From a virus, in IMG/VR virus record IMGVR_UViG_3300045135_002242, positions 31,790 through 95,789 of that record: 64,000 nt of DNA. The stretch is one strand, 5' to 3'. The notes below the pieces were generated by a model, which saw only the letters and a list, made by a program, of their open reading frames with translations, was not told the origin of the DNA and ran no database searches. Made by a program: the position numbers and the translations under genes. Of this stretch, positions 34,823 to 44,371 are shown in pieces. The stretch's first letter is position 1. The number at the start of each line of letters is the position of its first letter.

Positions 34823-37600
34823 TTACCTCGCAGTTTGGAAGACGATTAGGTCCAGCTGCAATGTTGTATCACCTACACCAACAGCACGGTAGTACCTCGT
34901 TACACCATTGTTTTGACCAGTCACTGCGATAGCAGACCCAGAAAAATTAATTGTGTTGACGTTTGGTGAAGTATCAGGACCCAACTCCGTCATATCCAAC
35001 AATAGGTTGTTCGTAGTACCAGAAGAAGTCTCTTTGTAGATACGAACACCTGTCAGTGGTTGAGGGTCAGTATCCTGTGTCTTATATACAGCCATGACCA
35101 AAAGATCAACCCGAACACCCTGATTATTAGTGATAGCAATCTCTTTATCGTTTGTCCCACCGATAGAGGAGTATGTGATAGAGACAGCTTGATCAGCAAT
35201 CTTAAGAGTATTTACCGACAAATCTTGTATTTTTGCACTATCTACAGCCAGGTCTTTTATTTTTCCGGTATCTACCGACAAGTCTTCTATTTTAGCTGTG
35301 GTAATAGCAGCATTTCTAATTTGTACAGTATCAATAGCCCCATTTGCAATGTAAGTAGTAGCATTCCCTTGAGTTACCTGATCTAAGGCAGCAAACGCCC
35401 CAACACCTGTAATCCCTCCTACGCCAGTAAGATCGCTTAGAGAAGAACCTGCAGCTAAGATAATATTACCATTGGCATCCTTAATAGACAAACCTCTTGA
35501 GTCTATTTTATCTGCAGTAACAGTTTCAGAAGCGATATGGGTGCCTTTAATAGTTCCATCAACAACCATATTACCATTAACAGTAAGCGCTGTATCAGAA
35601 ACCCAGCTGGATCCGTTATAAGTATAAATATGAGTCCACCCAGCAGTACTACTAGTATTTGTTAGAATTAGGGTGTCGCCGTTTATCTCATTGTCATACG
35701 CAGAAGGGGCTGTAGCATTCCAGTAAGTTGCTAAAGAAGAAGAACTGACTCCTGTAGGAACTGTGGTGCCAAGATTTAAAGCATAATTAAATACTGCTGT
35801 ACCCCTTGCACCAGTAGCTCCATCTGCCCCTGTAGGACCGGTAGGGCCAGTAGGGCCGGGGTCTCCCTGATCGCCTTTAACAGCTAGCAATTGCCAATTA
35901 TCGCCGTCTACAGGGATAACTCCTGTTTGCGTAGTTAAGGAGGTATAGCTAGAACCATTATACGTTACAGTATCCCCAAATACGTATTGAGTATCTGCTG
36001 AATAAGCGCCCTTAGGCTCATTACGAGTAGCTTCAGTGTGTTCCACACCAAGGTACAAACCAAAAGGAGTTACAGTAAAGGAAGCCTCTACACCAGGGTA
36101 TGAAGGGCTTTTAAGGACAAAGCGTTCAGCGTTTACCCAAAATTCACTATCAAAAGGATTACCTTCTGTACCATCACCTCCAGTAGCTAGGGTGTTAAGC
36201 CCAAAACCGGATTGGTAGTAGGAACTATTAATACTAACTGTACTGTTATAGGAAAATTTACTTTCTACCCCAAGACCTACGGCATCAGCATAAGCGTTAT
36301 TAGAAACTTCTAATTCTCCCAAAGCTGTTGCTACGGAGCCACTGGGATCACGGACGTCATTTTCTAGGTCTACAAAAAAAGTACTATTGGAAATAATACC
36401 ATTAGGCCCGTTTTGTTGCCAACTAACCCCATTAAACGCATAATATGTATAATCTTTAGCAATGGGATCATAAACAGCAAGCAAATCACCATCTGCCACG
36501 TAAGTAGTCCCTGACGAGACTGTTGGCACAGCAACCCAAGTAGTGGAAGGTTTATAGTATAATACCCCATCAGTTTTGTACCAGTATTTAAAGCCTGGGT
36601 CAGGAGTAGTAGTACCACTCCACGCAAAAAACTGAGACACTTTTCCATCAGCAGCTTCTTGTGCTTGAGCAGCATCACTTAACGCTTGAAGAGCATCTTT
36701 ATCTGTAATGGCATTCCAGCTGTCAGTAGAACTAATGTAGTAATAGCTTTCATTAGTATCTGTCTGGTACCAGATATCACCATCTCTTGTTAACTTTTCC
36801 TCTGCAGTCCACAAACTCTTTGGATCATTGGTACTTAAGTTAAACCAGTACTCAATTTTTCCATCAATTTGATTTTCTAAAGTAGTGAGCCTAGATAACA
36901 TACCAGTACCGTCTGGGTCATTGGAAGAGTCTACCCCAACGTAGGTCTGAAGACCACTAACAGCGTCTGCCGTGCCTTGAAGGTTAGCTTCTTGGCTAGT
37001 AAAACTAGCGGTAAGGGCATCCACATCACTAGCGATAGCGCTATCGGCATTAGCAAAAGCAGTTTCTACGCTTGTGATACGAGAATCAATAGTATTGTTA
37101 AATGATACAGATAAGTCTGTAATATCCTGAATAATAGAGTTCTCACTTGTAGCAACTGCAGAAGTAAGTTCTACTTTGGTAGCATAAGTATTTTCGTAAG
37201 TAGCGTTTAAAGTCTCTAGCTGTGTAGCAATCAAACCGTTAACTAAAGCATCAAAGTTAATTTGTTCTACATAACTATTAGCTGCAGTATCTAAAGCGTC
37301 AATAGCATTACGAACATCTTGAACTAGGGAATCGTAATCTGTAAGACCGTTAGCAACCGCACTGGCTACAACATCATCAATAATACCTGTTAACCAAGAA
37401 GGGGCTTCTTCAGTACTAATAGAAGCGTATAAACCATCTCCTACAATAGAGTACTCTTTTTTGTGGGCTTCTACAATCGACTCTTGTTCTTGAGTATCAA
37501 CAGAATGCAAGTTAGAGGCCACTAAACTAGTGGTGTCGTTAAGATCAATTTCAGTAGAATCTACACCTACTTCTACGCCACTAGTTACTTCAGTCGACAT
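34823..37600 (-). CDS. Tail fibre / host-specificity protein
   Basis: Coiled-coil N-terminus, GDIWY and SEFWVNAERF motifs, collagen GPTGPTGPTG, ITTAKIEDLSVDTGKI repeats. Confidence 0.8.
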   Translation of the reverse strand: MSTEVTSGVEVGVDSTEIDLNDTTSLVASNLHSVDTQEQESIVEAHKKEYSIVGDGLYASISTEEAPSWLTGIIDDVVASAVANGLTDYDSLVQDVRNAIDALDTAANSYVEQINFDALVNGLIATQLETLNATYENTYATKVELTSAVATSENSIIQDITDLSVSFNNTIDSRITSVETAFANADSAIASDVDALTASFTSQEANLQGTADAVSGLQTYVGVDSSNDPDGTGMLSRLTTLENQIDGKIEYWFNLSTNDPKSLWTAEEKLTRDGDIWYQTDTNESYYYISSTDSWNAITDKDALQALSDAAQAQEAADGKVSQFFAWSGTTTPDPGFKYWYKTDGVLYYKPSTTWVAVPTVSSGTTYVADGDLLAVYDPIAKDYTYYAFNGVSWQQNGPNGIISNSTFFVDLENDVRDPSGSVATALGELEVSNNAYADAVGLGVESKFSYNSTVSINSSYYQSGFGLNTLATGGDGTEGNPFDSEFWVNAERFVLKSPSYPGVEASFTVTPFGLYLGVEHTEATRNEPKGAYSADTQYVFGDTVTYNGSSYTSLTTQTGVIPVDGDNWQLLAVKGDQGDPGPTGPTGPTGADGATGARGTAVFNYALNLGTTVPTGVSSSSLATYWNATAPSAYDNEINGDTLILTNTSSTAGWTHIYTYNGSSWVSDTALTVNGNMVVDGTIKGTHIASETVTADKIDSRGLSIKDANGNIILAAGSSLSDLTGVGGITGVGAFAALDQVTQGNATTYIANGAIDTVQIRNAAITTAKIEDLSVDTGKIKDLAVDSAKIQDLSVNTLKIADQAVSITYSSIGGTNDKEIAITNNQGVRVDLLVMAVYKTQDTDPQPLTGVRIYKETSSGTTNNLLLDMTELGPDTSPNVNTINFSGSAIAVTGQNNGVTRYYRAVGVGDTTLQLDLIVFQTAR

Positions 37601-37952
37601 ATACTTCTGGAACCTTTGCTATAAAATCACCATTGTTGACGGTAGAACATTCAATAAGCAGTTTATAAACAGGCTTTAGGTAATAACGGTCAACCTTACC
37701 ACCTTTATCTCCGGTTAAAGTAGCAGTTTCAGCTGCCGTAACTACAAGAGAGGTTTTACCATTAGTCGCATCAACTACTGTTAAGTTTTTAGTTAAAACT
37801 GTAGTGTCATTACTTAAGTCAACTAGGTGTGCTTGGAACGTATCACTTACCTCAATTGTCATTGGAAGGGTAGAACCATCAGCTTTGATGGTAAAGATAA
37901 AGTTGTTATCTAAACCTTTAGTAATTACAAACTTTGAAATATCACAACTCAT
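37590..37952 (-). CDS. Structural beta-sandwich protein (fibre adaptor-like)
   Basis: Beta-rich; located upstream of the fibre gene. Confidence 0.5.
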   Translation of the reverse strand: MSCDISKFVITKGLDNNFIFTIKADGSTLPMTIEVSDTFQAHLVDLSNDTTVLTKNLTVVDATNGKTSLVVTAAETATLTGDKGGKVDRYYLKPVYKLLIECSTVNNGDFIAKVPEVYVD

Positions 37953-37967
37953 GGTCTATCCTTTTAG

Positions 37968-37993
37968 TAAAAGAAAGGGCCTTAGGCCCCTCC
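37968..37993 (-). terminator. Rho-independent terminator
   Basis: - strand AGGGGCC TAA GGCCCTT followed by TCTTTT. Confidence 0.6.
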
Positions 37994-37994
37994 C

Positions 37995-38495
37995 TTAAAT
38001 ATTTTCGTAAGAAATAGTATATCTTGGACGAAGTTTAACAGAAGCTAGACCAGTTTTATTATCCCGCATGTGCAGAGGAATCTGAACTTGTTCTAGTGTC
38101 TTGAGGTGACCTTGAGCTACTTCAATCTTCTCGTTCAATGGGAGAATGATGGTACCTAGGTCAAAAAACTCATTAGAGCAATTAACCGTACAAGTAGTAG
38201 TTTGGTTATTTACTCGTTGGTCATTGTCGATAATAGTAACAACTCTGGTTTTTCTAGCAGCTTTTTCGCGCGCTTGTCGTTTAGCCGCTTTAGCGTCTAC
38301 TACGGCAGAATCGGTAACTACGTCTTTTTTCGCTTTTTCTTTTTCGGCTACAACTGCTTCTAGAGCCGGTCCAGAGGTTTCTTGCTCTTCATAAGCTTGT
38401 TCAATTTTTTCTTGAAGCTGTCCTGCAGAAATATTCTTATGGTATTTTACGTTCAGGTCGTCTGCTTCTTTTTTAAGTTCTTGTAAAGTTGACAA
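37995..38495 (-). CDS. N4 gp55-like structural protein
   Basis: LKKEADDLNVKYHKNISAGQLQEKI N-terminus; directly downstream of MCP. Confidence 0.7.
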   Translation of the reverse strand: MSTLQELKKEADDLNVKYHKNISAGQLQEKIEQAYEEQETSGPALEAVVAEKEKAKKDVVTDSAVVDAKAAKRQAREKAARKTRVVTIIDNDQRVNNQTTTCTVNCSNEFFDLGTIILPLNEKIEVAQGHLKTLEQVQIPLHMRDNKTGLASVKLRPRYTISYENI

Positions 38496-38539
38496 AATCT
38501 AAGTCCTTATAGGTTGTTTAGAGGGTTAATACAGGCATT

Positions 38540-38568
38540 ATTATATAAAACTGCCAAAATGTTGTAAA
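38540..38568 (-). promoter_or_regulatory. sigma70-type late promoter
   Basis: TTTACA-17 nt-TATAAT. Confidence 0.65.
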
Positions 38569-38580
38569 GATAATTCTAAT

Positions 38581-38611
38581 AAAAAACCCCCCCTGGGAAG
38601 GGAGGGTTCTT
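38581..38611 (-). terminator. Terminator after the major capsid gene
   Basis: - strand AACCCTCCC...GGGGGGGTTTTTT. Confidence 0.8.
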
Positions 38612-38629
38612 AGCAAAAAGTGTTAAAGC

Positions 38630-39814
38630 TTAGGCAGAAGCCGAAACCAGAACTTTAAGCAGTTTTTCTTCTTCCAGGATAATACCTGCGTAGAAGAAGT
38701 TATAGGAGAAGAAGCCATTGGTACCATATGGGTTGGCGTTCTCAACAACTTCAGGCGACTTCGAGTTAAACTTGATCTTACCTTGGCCTTTCAGACCAAC
38801 AGTAGCAAACGCACCTTGAGTCGGGAAGAGGATTGGGAAGACATCAAAGTTACCGCGATCTGCCTCAGTTGCAGAAGTCAGGTCCGTAGCACCAGTAATT
38901 GCCAGAGTACCAGCGTAGTTCTGCGGAGGCACTGCACCTTGACCAGCATACACAACAGCAGCTTCCGACTCGATAAAGCGAACTTCGTGCATTGCACCAA
39001 CTTCACCTTCAGCCATGGAGCCTGCAGAAGCGTATTTGTGGACAGGGATATAGACAAACTCGGTCATGCCGTTATCCGAAACAGTACCACGAGTCAGAGT
39101 TTCAAGGTCACCTTTAACGTTGGCCCCGATAACTGCATAGTAGGCTTTAGCCACTGTACGCGTATCGATTTTGGTGGAACCAGTCACCATCGAAGTGTTT
39201 TTCTTGGCGCGGTTGCGTACCAGTTTACGAACAGCCTTACGGATCAGGTCGTAGGAGACAGTGGAGTCCTCATCAACTTCACCAATAGAGGTAGCCGAAC
39301 CAGCATACATAACAGTACCAGTACCCAGCATATCTAGCTGCATCAGGTCTTCCATACGCGAGTTAGCTAGCTCACCAAGCTCTTCACGATAACGAACCTG
39401 GATAGCGTCTTCCGAAAACAGATCAACTTCGTCGGTGTAGTCAATCATTTCACCATAACGGGCAAGGCTCGTTTCCATGGTAATTTTCTGCAGCGAGCGC
39501 TTATTGACAGCACCAGCACCTTCAGCAAGGCTAGCGTTAGTCAGGGCAGTGTTGACATCGGTAATCGAACGAGCCGAAAGGAAACCCTTTGCAGCAAACT
39601 CTGCATCATCAGGTGCACGATCATACATGTGCAGGAATTTGGAGATCTTAAAGGTCTTACCCATTTTCTTGGGCATCGACTTGCGATCTGCAAACTGACC
39701 GTAAACATTAACGCGGTTAGCCGCTTTAATACCTGCTCGGTCGTAGAAGTGTACAATAGTATTTGCACCAGCCGTTGCGGTGGAAGTACCATTACCATAA
39801 ACGTTAGTAGCCAT
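38630..39814 (-). CDS. Major capsid protein, N4-gp56 family
   Basis: MPKKMGKTFK, NRAKKNTSMVTGSTKIDT, EGEVG, NPYGTNGFFS motifs. Confidence 0.9.
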   Translation of the reverse strand: MATNVYGNGTSTATAGANTIVHFYDRAGIKAANRVNVYGQFADRKSMPKKMGKTFKISKFLHMYDRAPDDAEFAAKGFLSARSITDVNTALTNASLAEGAGAVNKRSLQKITMETSLARYGEMIDYTDEVDLFSEDAIQVRYREELGELANSRMEDLMQLDMLGTGTVMYAGSATSIGEVDEDSTVSYDLIRKAVRKLVRNRAKKNTSMVTGSTKIDTRTVAKAYYAVIGANVKGDLETLTRGTVSDNGMTEFVYIPVHKYASAGSMAEGEVGAMHEVRFIESEAAVVYAGQGAVPPQNYAGTLAITGATDLTSATEADRGNFDVFPILFPTQGAFATVGLKGQGKIKFNSKSPEVVENANPYGTNGFFSYNFFYAGIILEEEKLLKVLVSASA

Positions 39815-39862
39815 TTTTTAGTCCTCTATAATAGCTAGGGCGTATTGCCCACAAAGATAAAT

Positions 39863-41077
39863 TTACATGTCATCCTGTAACTTCTTATACCATTCATCAA
39901 ACGCCTCATCTGAGTCATCTAAATAGTCAATTACAGCACGACTTGCCGCAGCAGTTTTAGTTGGGGCTGCAGCTTTACGCTTTGCAGAGGCTTGTTTTGT
40001 TGCGGTTCGCTTTTCCGTTTTAGCTTTAACTTCTGCTAAACGAGCCTTTTCTTTCTCGTCCGCTTCCATTTTAACTTTACGTGCAGCTTGCCGCTCCTCA
40101 TAAGCTTCCTGCTCGGCAACTTGGTTAAAGTGCTGTTGAGCAGCTTCCTTATAGTAATCTAAGTCGGACTTTTTAGCTCCATCATATACCTTAAGCTTTT
40201 CAGCTAGGGGCTGTAATGTACCGTACATACCGCTTTTAACGTCTGTATGTAGCAGCCTAATCATCTCTGGGTTTTCTGCCATGATTGACCATGACTTATC
40301 ATCCCATTCCTTAGACAAAATACTATGAGTAGTCGCATACTCTACATCTCGACTGATATCTTCAACGATATCTTTAATAGCCAAGGCACTATCGTCTCGA
40401 CCATAATCCTTAGCAACATAAGAACTATCTGCTTCTGTATCTAATTCGAGGGTATCGGTACCTGTTCGCTTTAGTACTTCAGTAATAGCAGCTTTGTCAC
40501 CCTTCAGCACGTCAATCATAAGACTTACATCTTTATGATCTAGTTTAGCCTCTTCAATTGCATCAATGGTTTTACGCCAAGGTTTGATAACTTGCATCTT
40601 TTTGGTGTAGTCCATTGCTTGGCCAAAGATACGAGGAAACTGGTCTACAATCTCTTTACTAGAAAATTCGTAATCTTTGCCGTTTGCACGGAATTTATAA
40701 GACTCTGCTGGTCGCTCATCCCCATCATCTTCATCAGCATCTTCGGAACTAGGTTCTTCATCTGTTTCAGAGCCCTCGTCAGTAACCTCTTCATCAGTTT
40801 CAGAATCGTCTTCGTCTAATACGTCATCAGTTTCAGATTCTTCGCTAGCATCATGGTCAGATTCCTCAAGCTCCTCTTCAGGTTGATCAGGACCATCGTT
40901 AATTTCTTCTTCATTCGAACCAAGATCTTCTTCAAGATTTTCTGGTTCTACAAATTCTTCTGTCTCAGAAGCATCAGCCTCTAAATCAGTATCCGGGGAA
41001 AGTTCGGTAGCTTGGGCCTCTTTAAAAGCTGCCTCAAGCTCCTCATCTGACATATCCCACAAATCATCTTCTCTCAT
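39863..41077 (-). CDS. N4 gp57-like scaffold ('tape measure'-annotated) protein
   Basis: Acidic N-terminus, FRANGKDY, MDYTKKMQ, KRKAAAPTK, SDEAFD. Confidence 0.75.
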   Translation of the reverse strand: MREDDLWDMSDEELEAAFKEAQATELSPDTDLEADASETEEFVEPENLEEDLGSNEEEINDGPDQPEEELEESDHDASEESETDDVLDEDDSETDEEVTDEGSETDEEPSSEDADEDDGDERPAESYKFRANGKDYEFSSKEIVDQFPRIFGQAMDYTKKMQVIKPWRKTIDAIEEAKLDHKDVSLMIDVLKGDKAAITEVLKRTGTDTLELDTEADSSYVAKDYGRDDSALAIKDIVEDISRDVEYATTHSILSKEWDDKSWSIMAENPEMIRLLHTDVKSGMYGTLQPLAEKLKVYDGAKKSDLDYYKEAAQQHFNQVAEQEAYEERQAARKVKMEADEKEKARLAEVKAKTEKRTATKQASAKRKAAAPTKTAAASRAVIDYLDDSDEAFDEWYKKLQDDM

Positions 41078-41088
41078 GGTAATCCCCC

Positions 41089-41388
41089 TTACTCAGACTC
41101 GTCGTCTTCTTCAGCAGGAATAGTACCTAGGTTTTCAATCGTCACAAAGAAGTCCTCAAGGCTAGAAATAGCAATAAGATCTTCCATCACAGCGGTTCTA
41201 TGACCACCAGCTACAATAGCATCTTGGGCTAATAGACTAACACCATTAACAGCTTTATCTTTAAAGTAACCCTCAAGGATTACACGCTGAAAATCTTTAT
41301 TTTGTTTTAGTCTTTCAAGGGAAGCCCACATGCCTACCCAGTATTGATTTTCGACTTCAAGAATTTGTTGGTCACTAAGGTTGTTCAT
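41089..41388 (-). CDS. N4 gp58-like protein
   Basis: LERLKQNKDFQRVILEGYF motif. Confidence 0.7.
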   Translation of the reverse strand: MNNLSDQQILEVENQYWVGMWASLERLKQNKDFQRVILEGYFKDKAVNGVSLLAQDAIVAGGHRTAVMEDLIAISSLEDFFVTIENLGTIPAEEDDESE

Positions 41389-41484
41389 TAAGAATCCTTC
41401 GTATGTTGGTTAAAGTGTAAAGTAAGGAAATAATTTATATTATCTCTAAAAGTTATTATATACTAGTTAAATTATTAGTTACAA

Positions 41485-41622
41485 CTACTTTTTTACTTTT
41501 TTCTTGTATTTTTTCTTTTTTCTTGTTTTCTTCTTGTTATTTATAGCGCCAGCATAGTAGTGTTTAGTGTTTTGTCCTTCTCCGGAACCATAAACCATTT
41601 GCTGAGCTAAACCTTGTTCCAT
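41485..41622 (-). CDS. 45-aa highly basic protein (not in ORF track)
   Basis: MEQGLAQQMVYGSGEGQNTKHYYAGAINNKKKTRKKKKYKKKVKK. Confidence 0.55.
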   Translation of the reverse strand: MEQGLAQQMVYGSGEGQNTKHYYAGAINNKKKTRKKKKYKKKVKK

Positions 41623-41625
41623 AGC

Positions 41626-42249
41626 TTATTTACTTCCAAGGCCTCTTAAAGCTCTTTGTAAATCAATCATAGGGTAATTAGTATAAATTTCAGGAAGCCC
41701 ATCTGATACCATAGCATCATTGCTCAGAAAGGAAGATGTAGGAGGACCAACTACCCCGGGAAGAGCAAAAGCACTAACCTGAGGTTTACTAGCTTGACTA
41801 GGTAGCTGTTGAATAAGGGCAGCTACATCGGTAACTAGTGGGGCTTTAGGGGCATTAGTTCTGCTAGCTTTACGATCATCCTTATAAACAGCAGTACTAT
41901 AAGGACCTTTAGTTCTTTGCGCCTTAGCGTCATCCATGTAGGTAGTTCTATTAGGACCCCTAGTCCTCTCGGTTTTAGCGTCATCAGCGTAAACAGAGAG
42001 AGTATTACCGTAAGGTCCTTTAGTTCTTAAACCTTTCTCATCATCTCTATATTCAGGGGTAACCTTAGACTCATTAACTACAGCAGTAGTTGTGGCAGGA
42101 GCGCTTACTTTAGAGTTAGCTGTTCGTTGCTTTTTTTCTGCTTTAGTAAAAAACCTGCGAGTCAGAACAGGATTGCCTTTTCCGTCAGTTACAACAGACC
42201 CATCACCACTTTTTACAGGAACCCACTCAAAGTCTACATTTTCTTGCAT
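41626..42249 (-). CDS. Hypothetical protein with four YxDDxKxxRTx[GA]P repeats
   Basis: Internal peptide repeats visible in the translation. Confidence 0.6.
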   Translation of the reverse strand: MQENVDFEWVPVKSGDGSVVTDGKGNPVLTRRFFTKAEKKQRTANSKVSAPATTTAVVNESKVTPEYRDDEKGLRTKGPYGNTLSVYADDAKTERTRGPNRTTYMDDAKAQRTKGPYSTAVYKDDRKASRTNAPKAPLVTDVAALIQQLPSQASKPQVSAFALPGVVGPPTSSFLSNDAMVSDGLPEIYTNYPMIDLQRALRGLGSK

Positions 42250-42297
42250 TTACTTATTCCACTTTCTTGCATTTACTTATTCCACTTTCTTGCATTT
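42240..42297. repeat. 23-bp tandem repeat, 2.5 copies
   Basis: TTTCTTGCATTTACTTATTCCAC x2 plus TTTCTTGCATTT. Confidence 0.95.
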
Positions 42298-42455
42298 TTA
42301 GCAAATTGCGCTTGTTTTCATACTGAAGCTAGTCTAGAAGCTAATCCCTCTTCAATAGCAGCTTTGGTAACACCTTTGTGCCCATGACGTTTAGCCCAAG
42401 CTGTAAACTTACCACGGTTCTCAGGTTTAATTTCTATTTTGTACTTTTTAATCAT
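42273..42455 (-). pseudogene. Small basic protein (IKPENRGKFTAWAKRHG...FAKNARKW) with an internal TGA
   Basis: In-frame TGA at 42318-42320 interrupts SV*KQAQFAKNARKWNK; GAGGA RBS. Confidence 0.65.
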
Positions 42456-42630
42456 TGCAGTTCCTCAGAAAAATACAGCGTAGTAGAAAAGTTTACATTA
42501 GCATACCTATTATTAAAACTTACCCCACTACCGGCTGCCTCATAGTGCTATACCCCTTAGCTGGACTGGTAAGTTATTTACGGGGTTAAGCGTTTGCTCG
42601 CCTACTAGCTATTTTATCGATTAGCTCCCC

Positions 42631-43305
42631 CTAGTTACCATACCCAAAAATGTGGTTACCTAGGGTTTGCCAGTCGCCACCAGCTTCTTTTCCCCATTTA
42701 GGTGTAGAAACTTTTGGGTTATAGTAATGAGTAGCTTTACCAACTGGACTTTCATAGTTTCCAGATAGTATAGCATCAGCAACAGCGTAAGCAGTATCAG
42801 AAGGCTTAATTAGGCCCATATGCTGTCCCTGTTCGCCGCCTGCGTACCCTGTTACAGAATTCCAAGCAGAAAATTGTCCAGGCTGTAAAATAACGTCCCT
42901 AAGACTATTTCCATAATTCTTGGAGTTAACTCTATTAGCAATTACAGAACCAACTGCAAGCATACCATCATAACCTTCTTTGCCGGCTTCTGCGGCAAGG
43001 GTTTTCGCAAGTATATCTCTTACGGGTGTGTCAGCAGGAAGAGGGGCATTGCGCCTAGGTACAGGTCTTAGAGGCCCTGTAGTAGCGTTTTCTGCAGGAG
43101 CTTTTACACGTTTTGCATTTTTAGGTCGAGCTTTAGGGCGCAGACTTTCTGCAAGACCAAGGCCTTGTACTTCAACCTGCCTAGGCTTATACCTAGACTT
43201 GGCAGGAGCATCGGCGGAAATGTTTTTAATTATACTTGTAATATCATCATCTAGTCTTTTCCTATCACCTAAAAAAGGGGAAGAATCACCATAGTATCCC
43301 GACAT
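42631..43305 (-). CDS. SleB-like cell wall hydrolase (Hydrolase_2)
   Basis: LAKTLAAEAGKEG...AVGSVIANRV...QPGQFS...ATHYY...GNHIF; start re-called at ATG 43305 after GAGG. Confidence 0.85.
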   Translation of the reverse strand: MSGYYGDSSPFLGDRKRLDDDITSIIKNISADAPAKSRYKPRQVEVQGLGLAESLRPKARPKNAKRVKAPAENATTGPLRPVPRRNAPLPADTPVRDILAKTLAAEAGKEGYDGMLAVGSVIANRVNSKNYGNSLRDVILQPGQFSAWNSVTGYAGGEQGQHMGLIKPSDTAYAVADAILSGNYESPVGKATHYYNPKVSTPKWGKEAGGDWQTLGNHIFGYGN

Positions 43306-43321
43306 AAAATTTACCTCTAAT

Positions 43322-43807
43322 CTACCATTTAACCTTGTTAGCAATTTGTTTACACATATTAATAAACTCGTCTTGGGTGTAACCTTGTTTGCACATATTA
43401 ACCATAGAAGTAACCCACTGTAGATTTCCTTCTACGTATCCCTCACTACTATCAATGCGATCTAAAGAACAATTATTTGATACTTCCATCGCATCTAAGT
43501 CTTCACCAGATAAGGCACATTGAAAGTCTTGGTCAATTAGTAACTGAGCTAAGTAATCGAATGATACATTCCATTCTATGCCCCTAGTCTCAGCACCTGT
43601 CTTGTATTTATGCACAAATGAAGCACGTAATACACCTTTGTAATAACCTTTATGTGCATTGTTTTCAGGATTACGATTGCTACACTTCTTGCATAGCTTT
43701 CCTAATTTCTCAGACTCTACAGCATAGTTTTTACGCAGGTAACTCTGCTCTTCATTACATGAAGGACAAGGCTTATACCAACGCCCATCTTCTCCAAGCC
43801 TCACCAT
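43322..43807 (-). mobile_element. Free-standing HNH-type homing endonuclease
   Basis: CPSC...CKKC Zn knuckle; QDFQCALSG...SLDRIDSSEGYVEGNLQWV...NMCK. Confidence 0.8.
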
Positions 43808-44067
43808 TTTTCACGATTCGACCAATATGCCGCAGACATTTTACCTTTAGCGATATTTTTAGCGTGTCTTGCTTTAAACGACTTACGACGAGCTGCATAA
43901 GCCTTAGACTCACCTTTTTTCTTAGGAGAGCCTTTTACGCCTTGCTGTCCAAAACGAATAGTTTTTTCTTTACCATTTTCACATGCTTTAACAACATGAG
44001 ACTTAGTTTTGTGCTTAGGGGTACGCCTAGGCTTATTACAAGCTAGCTTTTCCGCTAATCCAGACAT
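43801..44067 (-). CDS. Small basic phage protein (IRFGQQG...RRKSFKARH...SAAYW family)
   Basis: Motif pattern recognised from marine phage head-region proteins. Confidence 0.65.
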   Translation of the reverse strand: MSGLAEKLACNKPRRTPKHKTKSHVVKACENGKEKTIRFGQQGVKGSPKKKGESKAYAARRKSFKARHAKNIAKGKMSAAYWSNREKW

Positions 44068-44345
44068 TACTGCATACCACCAGCACTTACAGCCGCTAAA
44101 CCTTGGTTAGGTTGGCTTTGTGCGGCCATTTGCTGTTCTAGCATAGCAATAGCTTCCATGACTAGCTGTTCTGGTACTCCAGCGTCTACAAGCTCTTGAG
44201 GGTCAACGCCTTGCATCAACAAAGCCATAATCTCTTCAATAGTAGGCATTTGCTGCCCTTGAGCCATCATGTTTTGCCCTTGTGGTGCCATAGTTTGTTC
44301 TTGGGAAGCAGCAGGAGCTGCCATTGTTTGTGCTAAACCAGCCAT
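44067..44345 (-). CDS. Q/M/A-rich small protein
   Basis: AAGGA RBS; starts MAGLAQ. Confidence 0.65.
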   Translation of the reverse strand: MAGLAQTMAAPAASQEQTMAPQGQNMMAQGQQMPTIEEIMALLMQGVDPQELVDAGVPEQLVMEAIAMLEQQMAAQSQPNQGLAAVSAGGMQ

Positions 44346-44371
44346 TATATTTTCCTTTAAAAATGCTAAAT

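Noticed and set aside
37590-37952. C-terminus VPEVYVD as a seventh PE-tag protein
   Set aside because: Off by one residue, ends in Asp, and the protein is a structural-cluster gene.
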